From Candidatus Puniceispirillum sp. (GTDB lineage: Bacteria; Pseudomonadota; Alphaproteobacteria; Puniceispirillales; Puniceispirillaceae), in the NCBI RefSeq assembly GCF_965657105.1, contig NZ_CBFHNB010000001.1, positions 30,937 through 94,936 of the forward strand: a DNA stretch of 64,000 bases, read 5' to 3'. Below are positions 26,764 through 35,696 of the stretch, piece by piece. A program made the position numbers and the translations under genes. The notes beneath the pieces are model-generated. The model saw only the letters and a program-made list of their open reading frames with translations, did not search any database and was not told where the DNA came from. The first letter of the stretch is position 1; each line of letters starts with the position of its first letter.

Positions 26764-28194
26764 ATGCAGAGATGCCAGTCCATAATCGCAGGTAAACCCG
26801 TTGCAAGCGGCGAATCGCCAATCGAGAAACGTTATCCGGCAACAGGTGAAATTATCGCCCATATAGAGCCAGCAACATTGGCGATGCTGGATCAAGCAGT
26901 AACCGCCGCAACAGCCGCGCAAAAAATATGGGCGCGCACCGACCGCACCGAACGCGCGCGTATTCTGCACAAAGCGGCCGGTTTGATGCGCGACGCGAAT
27001 GATGAACTAGCCCGCCTTGAAGTGCAGGATGTTGGCAAACTATATAGTGAAGCGGTCTCAGGTGATGTGCCTAGCGGTCCTGATGCGCTTGATTATTTTG
27101 CGTCTTTATCGGCAACCATGACAGGCGACCATTTTAGCTGGGAAGATGCCATCGGCTATTCTGAGCGCATCCCGCTTGGGGTTTGCGCCGGCATTGGGGC
27201 GTGGAATTATCCGGTGCAGATTGCTTGCTGGAAAGCTGCACCCGCACTGGCAACAGGTAATGCCTTTATTCTAAAGCCGTCTGAAGAAACCCCTCTTAGC
27301 GGCCAACGCATCGCCGAACTTTTCCATGACGCAGGCCTGCCAGATGGTCTATTCCAGATTATTCATGGCGACTACCGCATTGGCAAGGCCATTTGCGAAC
27401 ATCCTGGCATTGCCAAGATATCGCTCACAGGCGGTGTTGAAACAGGCAAGCTGATTATGGCACAAAGCGCATCCACACTCAAAAAAGTAACCTTAGAGCT
27501 TGGCGGTAAGTCACCGCTTATTGTGTTTGATGATTGTGATTTTGATCTGGCGGTTCAAACCGCACTTGACGCCAATTTCTATACCGCTGGCGAAGTATGC
27601 TCAAATGCAACCCGCGTCTTCGTTCAGGACACAATCGCCGAAGATTTTGTCGCCGCGATGGTTGAAAAAACAAGCGCGATGAGCGTAGGAGACCCCATGG
27701 CGGCTGATATACAGATGGGGGCATTAATTTCCGAAAAGCATCTGGGACGGGTTCTTGATTATGTTGACATCGGACGAAATGAGGGGGCCACCATTGCCAC
27801 GGGCGGTAACCGCGTTCACCCTCAGGGGTTTGAAAATGGCTATTTTATGGAACCCACAATTCTGACAAATTGCACCGACGATATGCGCGTTGTCCGTGAA
27901 GAAATATTCGGCCCCGTGATGTCAGTTCTGACTTTCAGCACCGAAGATGAAGCGGTAACCCGGGCGAATGATACTAAATTTGGACTTGGAGCTGGTCTGA
28001 TGACCAAAGATTTGTCACGCGCGCATCGTGTTGCCAGCCAACTTGAATCAGGCAATGTATGGGTGAATACATTTAATATTCTGCCGCCAGGAATGCCATT
28101 TGGCGGCGCCAAGAGTTCAGGCTTTGGACGTGAAAACGGCATCTATGCCATCGAAGCCTACACTGAGGTCAGATCAACCTATATTCAATTATAA
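26764..28194 (+). CDS. Betaine-aldehyde-dehydrogenase-like NAD(P)+ aldehyde dehydrogenase
   Basis: 476 aa. The catalytic region VTLELGGKSPLIVFDDCDFDLAVQTALDANFYTAGEVCSNATRVFVQ is very close to E. coli BetB as I remember it. Confidence 0.8.
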   Translation: MQRCQSIIAGKPVASGESPIEKRYPATGEIIAHIEPATLAMLDQAVTAATAAQKIWARTDRTERARILHKAAGLMRDANDELARLEVQDVGKLYSEAVSGDVPSGPDALDYFASLSATMTGDHFSWEDAIGYSERIPLGVCAGIGAWNYPVQIACWKAAPALATGNAFILKPSEETPLSGQRIAELFHDAGLPDGLFQIIHGDYRIGKAICEHPGIAKISLTGGVETGKLIMAQSASTLKKVTLELGGKSPLIVFDDCDFDLAVQTALDANFYTAGEVCSNATRVFVQDTIAEDFVAAMVEKTSAMSVGDPMAADIQMGALISEKHLGRVLDYVDIGRNEGATIATGGNRVHPQGFENGYFMEPTILTNCTDDMRVVREEIFGPVMSVLTFSTEDEAVTRANDTKFGLGAGLMTKDLSRAHRVASQLESGNVWVNTFNILPPGMPFGGAKSSGFGRENGIYAIEAYTEVRSTYIQL

Positions 28195-29352
28195 TCATTC
28201 AAATAGATTTGGTGGTTTGGTTGGTGCGTAATGCGAGGCCAACATGCTTTGCAATTTGGCGGATTGTGTTGCCGCGTCGAATTCAGCGCGCAACCGGCGT
28301 TGGGCTTTTGCCACCATCGCTGGCACATTGGATATGGACGCAAAGCGCGTTAGTGCCGATGCTAGCGACGCACTGTCATTTTCCGTTGCCAGAATACCGC
28401 TGACATTATCGGTAATGATTTCGGGAATGCCTGCATGATTGGTGGCGATCACCGGACAACCAGCGCGAATAGCTTCAAGGATCACCGTTGGCAGCCCCTC
28501 ACAATCACCATCTGGCGCTTGATGACTTGGCACCACGACCGCACTGCATGACCGCATCCGCAAGGCCAATTGTTCAGGTGTTTGCCAACCCAGAAATGAA
28601 ACATTCGGAATACCGTTCGCCATCTCACGAAGCTGATTTGCATCCGGACCAGTGCCTGCAATATCAAGCCCTTTTATGCCATTAGCCTTACCGCTTTGAT
28701 GTAGCATTCGTAAGGCTGTCAGCAAAACATCAACACCCTTTTTACCTACCAAACGGCCAATGAATAATAACCGGCCATCCCGTGATGTTGGTGCTTGAAT
28801 ATCCGCTAGATCGATTCCGATATAATGGGTAATCAGCTTATGCTTGGGAAAGCCCTGCGCCTCAAGTCGCCGTGCCACAAAATTGGATACACATAAAAAT
28901 CCATTCGCATATTCTTGAAGTGACGTCAGCCGTCTTTGATAGATAGTGGGCAACAAACGTGTGCGTTCATGCGTAAATTTAGTTGCATCACCACCGTGAT
29001 AGGTCACATAAAGCGGAATACCCAACCGCTCTGCAACTGGCAAAGCCAGTGCCCCCCCACGTCCAAAATGCGCGTGAAGAACCTGCGGTTGTAATGCCCG
29101 CAAAGACTTGTAAAATGGTGAAAATCCGGTTTGTTTGAAAATCGTCGTGCCAAGCGCTGTTCGCGCTGTTAGGCGCTTTGGCGCGTCAAGTTCATTGGCG
29201 CGCCAGCCAATTTTATTTGCAAGATAGACTGGGCGTAATCGGTCAAAACTGATGTAGTGTGATGCAATGAAACCTTCCGAGGGCAATAAAAGCTTATCCC
29301 TGAAAATCAGGCATGTCTGATGGTGCGCATCATTCGGCATATCAATTGTCAT
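28195..29352 (-). CDS. Glycosyltransferase family 4 (GT-B, RfaB-like)
   Basis: 385 aa. The C-terminal half has the GT4 E-x7-E-like region (PSHQAPDGDCEGLPTVILEAIRAGCPVIAT). An alternative start is ATG 29340. Confidence 0.75.
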   Translation of the reverse strand: MTIDMPNDAHHQTCLIFRDKLLLPSEGFIASHYISFDRLRPVYLANKIGWRANELDAPKRLTARTALGTTIFKQTGFSPFYKSLRALQPQVLHAHFGRGGALALPVAERLGIPLYVTYHGGDATKFTHERTRLLPTIYQRRLTSLQEYANGFLCVSNFVARRLEAQGFPKHKLITHYIGIDLADIQAPTSRDGRLLFIGRLVGKKGVDVLLTALRMLHQSGKANGIKGLDIAGTGPDANQLREMANGIPNVSFLGWQTPEQLALRMRSCSAVVVPSHQAPDGDCEGLPTVILEAIRAGCPVIATNHAGIPEIITDNVSGILATENDSASLASALTRFASISNVPAMVAKAQRRLRAEFDAATQSAKLQSMLASHYAPTKPPNLFE

Positions 29353-29812
29353 CCTCGCTCCCTGACAGGGGTAAAGCAGTGGTATATTTTATTTCTTCCA
29401 TCGCAAAGGATGAACTGACATCGGTGAGCTCGACATTGGCAATCAATGTTTGATAAAAGCGATCATAGGCCTTCATATCCGGCACCACAACCCGAAGCAG
29501 ATAGTCAACCTCACCACTCATGCGGTAAAACTCCACAACTTCAGGCATGCCCGCCACCATATCAGCAAAGTTTTTGAGCCAGTCAGCATTATGCTGATCA
29601 GTGCGCACAGCAACAAAGACCGACATGCCCACACCCATTTTCTGTGGGTCCAGCAACGCAACACGTTTCCGGATTAAGCCATCTTCTTCCATGCGCTGGA
29701 TGCGTCGCCAGCATGGCGTGACCGACAACCCCACCTTGCGCGCAATATCGGCAACGGGCTGGGCTGCATTGTTTTGAAGTTCGGCAAGAATTTTTCTGTC
29801 TGTTTTATCCAT
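29342..29812 (-). CDS. lrp: Lrp/AsnC-family transcriptional regulator
   Basis: 156 aa from ATG 29812 (MDKTDRKILAELQNNA...) with an HTH_AsnC domain plus a RAM domain. The ORF is open to 29860. Confidence 0.85.
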   Translation of the reverse strand: MDKTDRKILAELQNNAAQPVADIARKVGLSVTPCWRRIQRMEEDGLIRKRVALLDPQKMGVGMSVFVAVRTDQHNADWLKNFADMVAGMPEVVEFYRMSGEVDYLLRVVVPDMKAYDRFYQTLIANVELTDVSSSFAMEEIKYTTALPLSGSEDDN

Positions 29813-30012
29813 GATAAAAGGTCCATTAGGTTTTGGACAAAATTGGTGGCAAAAACACAATTAAAACGCAAAATCATTGCTAATCTGTAACACAAATATC
29901 GATAATAGGGAAAAAATATCTAGTTCTTTAGAATGCCACTATTGTGATTTTCTTGAACAAGGCATATTTCAACGCTTGCATTCAGCAAAGGCTATCGGCA
30001 GTATCACGCCTC

Positions 30013-30978
30013 ATGGCACAGACAGAACCAAACCTTATCAATCTAGTCAAAGTTGACATGCCGCAGCCTGCCATTGTGACCAGCAATGACTGGCATGATT
30101 ATGCGCTTATCGATAGCGGACATCAGCGCAAATTAGAACGATTTGGAAAATTCTATTTTATTCGTCCTGAGCCACAGGCGATGTGGTCGCCGCGCCTTGA
30201 TGAAGGTGCGTGGCAAGCCGATGGCGTCTTTGTTGCTAGCCATAACGAAACTGACAGCGGTGAAGGCGGTGGCTGGAAACTGCAAAACAACCTGCCTGAT
30301 AATTGGCTGGTCAGCTATCAGAATTTGCGCTTTTTTGCGCGCCCAACACCATTTCGCCATCTTGGCTTTTTCCCCGAACAGGCCGCGCATTGGGACTGGT
30401 GTGCTGATGCGATCAAACAACGCCTTATCAGCCAGCCAGACACACGTCCGCGCATACTGAATCTGTTTGCCTATTCAGGCGTTGCAAGTTTGCACGCCGC
30501 CGCCGCCGGGGCTGATGTCACACATCTTGACGCCAGTAAAAAGGCAGTGGCTCACGCTTTTGAAAATCGCGACGCGTCGGACATGCAAGATGCGCCGATC
30601 CGCTTTATCACCGATGACGCCATGCGTTTTGTCGAACGTGAAATCAGACGTGGACGCCACTATGATGGCATTATTATGGACCCCCCAAAATATGGCCGCG
30701 GGCCAAAAGGCGAATTTTGGCGTATCGAAGACGATCTGCCAGCTTTATTGAAAGCATGTCGGAGACTGTTATCAGACAATCCTCTTTTCATGGTGCTGAC
30801 CATTTATGCCATTCGCGCATCGTCCTTGGCTGCGCATTATGCTATGGCCGAAGCGGTCAACGGTCTTGGCGGCACCGTCACCTGTGGCGAACTGGCTGTG
30901 CAAGAAGACATGATCAAAGAGCATGACGCAAGACGGGTGGTATCGCAGGCCAATTTTGCCCGCTGGCATGCGGGGTGA
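30013..30978 (+). CDS. Class I SAM-dependent (RlmI/COG1092-like) RNA methyltransferase
   Basis: SAM-binding region LNLFAYSGVASLHAAAAGA..VTHLDAS and the catalytic DPPKYG motif are present. The start is uncertain (GTG 29944 or ATG 30013). Confidence 0.7.
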   Translation: MAQTEPNLINLVKVDMPQPAIVTSNDWHDYALIDSGHQRKLERFGKFYFIRPEPQAMWSPRLDEGAWQADGVFVASHNETDSGEGGGWKLQNNLPDNWLVSYQNLRFFARPTPFRHLGFFPEQAAHWDWCADAIKQRLISQPDTRPRILNLFAYSGVASLHAAAAGADVTHLDASKKAVAHAFENRDASDMQDAPIRFITDDAMRFVEREIRRGRHYDGIIMDPPKYGRGPKGEFWRIEDDLPALLKACRRLLSDNPLFMVLTIYAIRASSLAAHYAMAEAVNGLGGTVTCGELAVQEDMIKEHDARRVVSQANFARWHAG

Positions 30979-30985
30979 TTTCAGC

Positions 30986-31816
30986 CTATCGGCGGTTTCG
31001 CAACGCCTCATATAAAGTGACGCCTGTTGCCACTGCAAGATTCAACGAGTCCGAACGTCCTAACATCGGCAGACGGATCAACTGTGTACAAAGCTGCATC
31101 AGGCTAGGGGGCAAACCAGCCTGTTCATTGCCCATCAAGATCATCAATGCGCCACTATAATCAGCATCTCGGTAATCAACAGAGGCGGGCAAAGCCGTGC
31201 CAATAATCTGGCCGTCTTGGTTTGTCCATTGCCGGGCAAATGCAACGAAATCTGGCTGATTGCATTGCACAATTTCAACGTTGAATATGGCTCCCATTGA
31301 TGCGCGCACCGCTTCAACCGAATATGGGTCTGTGCAATCGTCAATCAGGATGATGCCTCTGGCACCAGCCGCATCAGCACTGCGCATGATGGTGCCCAGA
31401 TTGCCCGGATCACGCACGCGATCAAGCGCCACCCATGGACGAGATGGATCAGGCGCAACCGCATCAAGATCAGTCCATTTTTGTCGAAACGCGCCAAGCA
31501 GCATTTGCGGATTGTCTTTGCGGCTGATTCGTTGCAACAGCTTTTCGGACATCGGCAAGGCGCGCCCATCGGCACGATCAAGTGCATCCAGCAGCTTTCG
31601 CACATGTGTTTCATTGTCGCGACCTGCCAGAAATGCAAGCCTATGCATGTCCCAACCAAGCGCAACAGCTTCATTGCATATGCGCGTTCCTTCAGCCAGA
31701 AACCAGCCTGACTGGCGCCGGTATTTGCGTTCATGCAAAGCGCGCAGAAACTTGACCTCAGCATTGGCGGTGCTGGTAATTGGTGCCGGAATAGTTACGT
31801 GGTGGTTGTTTGTCAT
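30986..31816 (-). CDS. TrmH/SpoU-family RNA 2'-O-methyltransferase
   Basis: SpoU methylase motifs are present (DPGNLGTIMRSADAAG, LMGNEQAGL, IPMLGRSDSLNLAVATG). Start taken at ATG 31816. Confidence 0.75.
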   Translation of the reverse strand: MTNNHHVTIPAPITSTANAEVKFLRALHERKYRRQSGWFLAEGTRICNEAVALGWDMHRLAFLAGRDNETHVRKLLDALDRADGRALPMSEKLLQRISRKDNPQMLLGAFRQKWTDLDAVAPDPSRPWVALDRVRDPGNLGTIMRSADAAGARGIILIDDCTDPYSVEAVRASMGAIFNVEIVQCNQPDFVAFARQWTNQDGQIIGTALPASVDYRDADYSGALMILMGNEQAGLPPSLMQLCTQLIRLPMLGRSDSLNLAVATGVTLYEALRNRR

Positions 31817-32038
31817 GAGCGCTATGTAGCAAAATTGTGGAGATGACACCATAGCTTGTGCATCTACGAAAGTTCATATATCGCGGCTCTTTTGCTTGGA
31901 AAGCATCATGCAACCGCAATGAAGAATTATTTTAGATCAAAATGACGTGAATTTGCACTTTTTTATTTGGCTTGCGACAAATTCCCCATAATGTGGTGAT
32001 TATTAAAAGGGTAAAACCCCGCCGCTTTGAAGGATACC

Positions 32039-33031
32039 ATGATGAGCGCACAAACCATAAAAAGCCTCTTGCGAAATGACGATCAAGCATCAACGCAAAA
32101 AATTGGATTTTTACTTTTAAATGATTTTTCCATGCTGGCTTTTTCCGCCGCGATTGAACCTTTGCGAGTAGCTAATCGGCAAAGCAACAAAGACCTGTTC
32201 GACTGGGTGATTGCCAGCATTGATGGGACCCCAAGCATGGCTAGTAATGGCGTGGTTATTTCGTGCGATGGCGCCTCTGATATTCTACAGAACTGCCGCA
32301 TGGTATTCGTCTGTGCTGGCGTCAATGTACGCGCCAACACCAATAAGTCAGTTTTGAATATTGTCCGGCGTCTCGACCGCAATGGAGCCGTGATTGGCGC
32401 GATCTGTACCGGCACCTATGTCATGGCGGCGGCAGGTTTGCTTGAAGGACGACGCTGCACAATACACTGGGAAAATATCGATGGGTTAGCCGAGGAATTT
32501 CCTGAACTGGAAATCACCAATGACCTGTTTGAGGTTGATGGCACACGCGTCACCTGCTCGGGCGGAACCGCGGCTCTTGATATGATGCTGAACTTGATCA
32601 CGCAAACACATGGTGCACAGCTTGCAGCCGAGGTGTCAGATCAATTTATTCATGACCGTATCCGCGAACCCACCGACCGCCAGCGTATGGAACTTCGTTC
32701 ACGTATTGGTGTCAGCCATCCAAAATTGCTTGCTGTTGTCAAAACCATGGAAGACAATCTGGAAGAACCACTGGCGCAAACAGCCATTGCCCGCATGACA
32801 AATCTGTCAACACGGCAGCTTGAACGCTTATTTAGAAAATATCTGAATACTACGCCAACACGTTACTATTTGAATTTGCGACTAGCGCGTGCACGGCATC
32901 TTTTAAGACAGACATCAATGTCGATACTGTCTGTTGCACTGGCCTGTGGTTTTGTATCTGCATCGCATTTTTCAAAATGCTATCGTGAATGCTATGGCCG
33001 AACACCGCGCGCTGAACGAAGCCCAAATTAG
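32039..33031 (+). CDS. AraC-family regulator with N-terminal DJ-1/PfpI (GATase1-like) domain (GlxA/GbdR/CdhR class)
   Basis: The N-terminal half is DJ-1-like (GAICTGTYVMAAAGLLEGRRCTIHW) and the C-terminal half is an AraC HTH (..SHFSKCYRECYGRTP). ATG 32039 is preceded by AAGGA. Confidence 0.8.
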   Translation: MMSAQTIKSLLRNDDQASTQKIGFLLLNDFSMLAFSAAIEPLRVANRQSNKDLFDWVIASIDGTPSMASNGVVISCDGASDILQNCRMVFVCAGVNVRANTNKSVLNIVRRLDRNGAVIGAICTGTYVMAAAGLLEGRRCTIHWENIDGLAEEFPELEITNDLFEVDGTRVTCSGGTAALDMMLNLITQTHGAQLAAEVSDQFIHDRIREPTDRQRMELRSRIGVSHPKLLAVVKTMEDNLEEPLAQTAIARMTNLSTRQLERLFRKYLNTTPTRYYLNLRLARARHLLRQTSMSILSVALACGFVSASHFSKCYRECYGRTPRAERSPN

Positions 33032-33075
33032 CGCCGTTTTAAGCGCCTCAACCCCATAGATCGATTAGGTGATGC

Positions 33076-33489
33076 TTAACGAGCCGCCGCTTTAATCGCC
33101 CCCAGCATACTGGCAAGACCATTTTTTCGTGTTGCCGATAGATGCGAGTCGAGCCCTATTGCGCTCAGGAAGTCAGCCTCTGTTTCACGAATTTCACGAG
33201 CATCCCGCCCAGAATAAACGCGAAGCAACAGCGCCACTAGCCCTTGCACAATTGCGGCGTCGGACTCTGCTAGGAAAATAATCTTGTCATCATCCTGCTG
33301 TTCACTGGCAAAATAGACAACTGACTGGCAGCCCCGAAGCCGATGATCATCATCACGATATTGCGGGGGAAAATCTGCTAACTTACGCCCCTGATCGATC
33401 AATAATTGATAGCGATCCTCCCAATCATCAAAGAATGAAAACTCCTCGATGATGGCCTGCGCTTCTTCTTTAGCTGTATTGACCGACAT
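33076..33489 (-). CDS. sufE: SufE-family cysteine desulfuration (sulfur acceptor) protein
   Basis: 137 aa with the conserved Cys context (RLRGCQSVVY). Confidence 0.8.
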   Translation of the reverse strand: MSVNTAKEEAQAIIEEFSFFDDWEDRYQLLIDQGRKLADFPPQYRDDDHRLRGCQSVVYFASEQQDDDKIIFLAESDAAIVQGLVALLLRVYSGRDAREIRETEADFLSAIGLDSHLSATRKNGLASMLGAIKAAAR

Positions 33490-33524
33490 AACACTTAATC
33501 CATTTCATTTAGGGTCGCTATTAC

Positions 33525-35696
33525 CTAGCTGATATTGCGCCGCCGTGCCAATAGATCAAGTAGGCGTGATGCCGCATCAACAGATTTTGTGCCTGGCAGA
33601 AACACTGCTGCCGCGCCAGCTTTGCGTAAAGCCGGAATATCACCTGGCGGTATCACACCACCTACGACCAGTTCGATATGCTGACCTTCACCTTTATCGA
33701 GGCGTTGCCGCAAAGCTGGCACCTGACTAAGATGACTTGCCGCCAATGTCGAAATACCAACCGCATCGACATCCATCGAAACCGCCATCTCATAGACTTC
33801 ATCCGGATTTTGGAATAGCGGTCCGATCGTGACATCGAACCCTATATCAGAAAAGGCCGATGCAATGACTTTCTGTCCGCGATCATGCCCATCTTGACCA
33901 AGTTTAGCGATCAAAATACGGGGTGGACGGCCCGTTGCTGTTATAAAAGCCTCTATGCGCGCTGTTACAATCGACAGATCCTCGGCGCCAGTCATCTGTT
34001 GCCGCCAAACCCCCTTCACCGCTTTGATTTCAGCTTTATGACGACCAAATTCTGTCGCCAGCGCCGATGATATTTCTCCCACCGTTGCCCGGCATCGCGC
34101 CGCTTCGATGGCAAAGGGCATCAGATTATGAGATCCCGATGCAGCATTTTCCAACGCCGCTAATGCCGCCTTGACCTTGGCTTCATCGCGCGCATGCTTT
34201 AACCGTTTCAACTGGGCAATTTGCTGGGCACGGACATCGGCATTGTCAATACGGCGCACCTGCACCTCTTCATCAGCTGTATCTGTGTCGGCGGTTTCAT
34301 TAACAGGCTGATATTTATTAACCCCAATGATCGTTTGTGTGCCCGAATCAATCTTGGCCTGGGTGATGGTGGCAACCTCTTCGATACGCAATTTTGGCAA
34401 GCCATCTTCTATCGCTTTGGCCATCCCACCCATGGCTTCAATCTCACTCATATGCTGGCGACATTTATCAGCCAGATCACGTGTCAGACGTTCAATCAGA
34501 TAAGAACCACCAAATGGATCTATGACATGCGCCATATTGGCTTCATGTTGCAGATGAAGCTGGGTATTTCGGGCGATCCTGGCCGCGTAATCGGTGGGGA
34601 GTCCAAGCGCCTCGTCAAGTGAGTTAGTATGGAGCGATTGCGTTTGCCCTGCCACCGCCGCCGCCGCCTCGATACAGGTGCGTGGCACATTATTAAACAC
34701 ATCCTGCGCGGCCAGCGACCATCCCGATGTTTGACAATGCGTACGAAGCATCAAGGATTTAGGGTTTTTTGGCGCAAAATTCTGCTGCATGATTTCGGCC
34801 CATAACAGGCGTGCCGCTCGCAATTTTGCGATTTCCATATAAAAATTCATGCCTGTTGCAAAGAAAAAGGACAAACGCGGCACAAAAGCATCGACATCAA
34901 GTCCAGCCGCAACCCCAGCGCGAACATATTCCAGCCCGTCTGCAAGCGTATAGGCAAGCTCCAGATCAGCCGAAGCACCAGCTTCCTGCATATGATAGCC
35001 CGACACAGAAATGAAATTGAATTTCGGCATATGGTCAGCGCAATAGGCAAAAATGTCAGAAATGATCCGCATCGAGGGTGCTGGCGGGTAAATATAGGTA
35101 TTACGCACCATAAACTCTTTCAGCACGTCATTCTGAATCGTGCCGGTCAAGGCTTCAGGCGGCACGCCCTGTTCTTCCGCCGCAACGACAAACAAGGCCA
35201 GAACAGGCAAAACGGCGCCATTCATCGTCATCGACACACTCATGCGGTCAAGCGGAATATCACGGAACAACACATTCATATCCAGAATAGAATCGATCGC
35301 AACGCCTGCCATGCCCACATCGTCAGCAACAAGCGGATTATCCGAGTCATATCCGCGATGCGTTGGCAAATCGAACGCGACCGAAAGCCCCATCTGGCCA
35401 GCAGCCAAATTCCGGCGATAAAAAGCGTTGGATTCTTCGGCTGTCGAAAATCCGGCATATTGGCGAATGGTCCAGGGCCGTATCGCATACATGGTGGGAT
35501 AGATACCCCGCACATAAGGCGCAATGCCTGGCTGTTGCCCAGCTATATCAGCCATCGACATATCCTGCGGCATAGCCATCGACTCAATATCGATCGCTTC
35601 TACCGTATTATAGTGCCCACGATACGCGGATGTGGCACCGCGAAAAGACGCCGCATCAGCCAAGTTTATTTGGGTAAAATCAGGAAAATCACGCAT
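33525..35696 (-). CDS. Methylmalonyl-CoA mutase large (alpha, B12-binding) subunit
   Basis: 723 aa. The TIM-barrel substrate domain ([35 protein letters not shown]) is followed by a C-terminal B12-binding domain (GQDGHDRG). Confidence 0.9.
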   Translation of the reverse strand: MRDFPDFTQINLADAASFRGATSAYRGHYNTVEAIDIESMAMPQDMSMADIAGQQPGIAPYVRGIYPTMYAIRPWTIRQYAGFSTAEESNAFYRRNLAAGQMGLSVAFDLPTHRGYDSDNPLVADDVGMAGVAIDSILDMNVLFRDIPLDRMSVSMTMNGAVLPVLALFVVAAEEQGVPPEALTGTIQNDVLKEFMVRNTYIYPPAPSMRIISDIFAYCADHMPKFNFISVSGYHMQEAGASADLELAYTLADGLEYVRAGVAAGLDVDAFVPRLSFFFATGMNFYMEIAKLRAARLLWAEIMQQNFAPKNPKSLMLRTHCQTSGWSLAAQDVFNNVPRTCIEAAAAVAGQTQSLHTNSLDEALGLPTDYAARIARNTQLHLQHEANMAHVIDPFGGSYLIERLTRDLADKCRQHMSEIEAMGGMAKAIEDGLPKLRIEEVATITQAKIDSGTQTIIGVNKYQPVNETADTDTADEEVQVRRIDNADVRAQQIAQLKRLKHARDEAKVKAALAALENAASGSHNLMPFAIEAARCRATVGEISSALATEFGRHKAEIKAVKGVWRQQMTGAEDLSIVTARIEAFITATGRPPRILIAKLGQDGHDRGQKVIASAFSDIGFDVTIGPLFQNPDEVYEMAVSMDVDAVGISTLAASHLSQVPALRQRLDKGEGQHIELVVGGVIPPGDIPALRKAGAAAVFLPGTKSVDAASRLLDLLARRRNIS

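Noticed and set aside
31260-31829. 189-aa ORF on the + strand (and 31345-31764 on the minus strand, off frame)
   Set aside because: Both overlap the TrmH-family methyltransferase gene, whose frame carries clear SpoU motifs. The alternatives are Ser/Arg/Ala-rich with no features.
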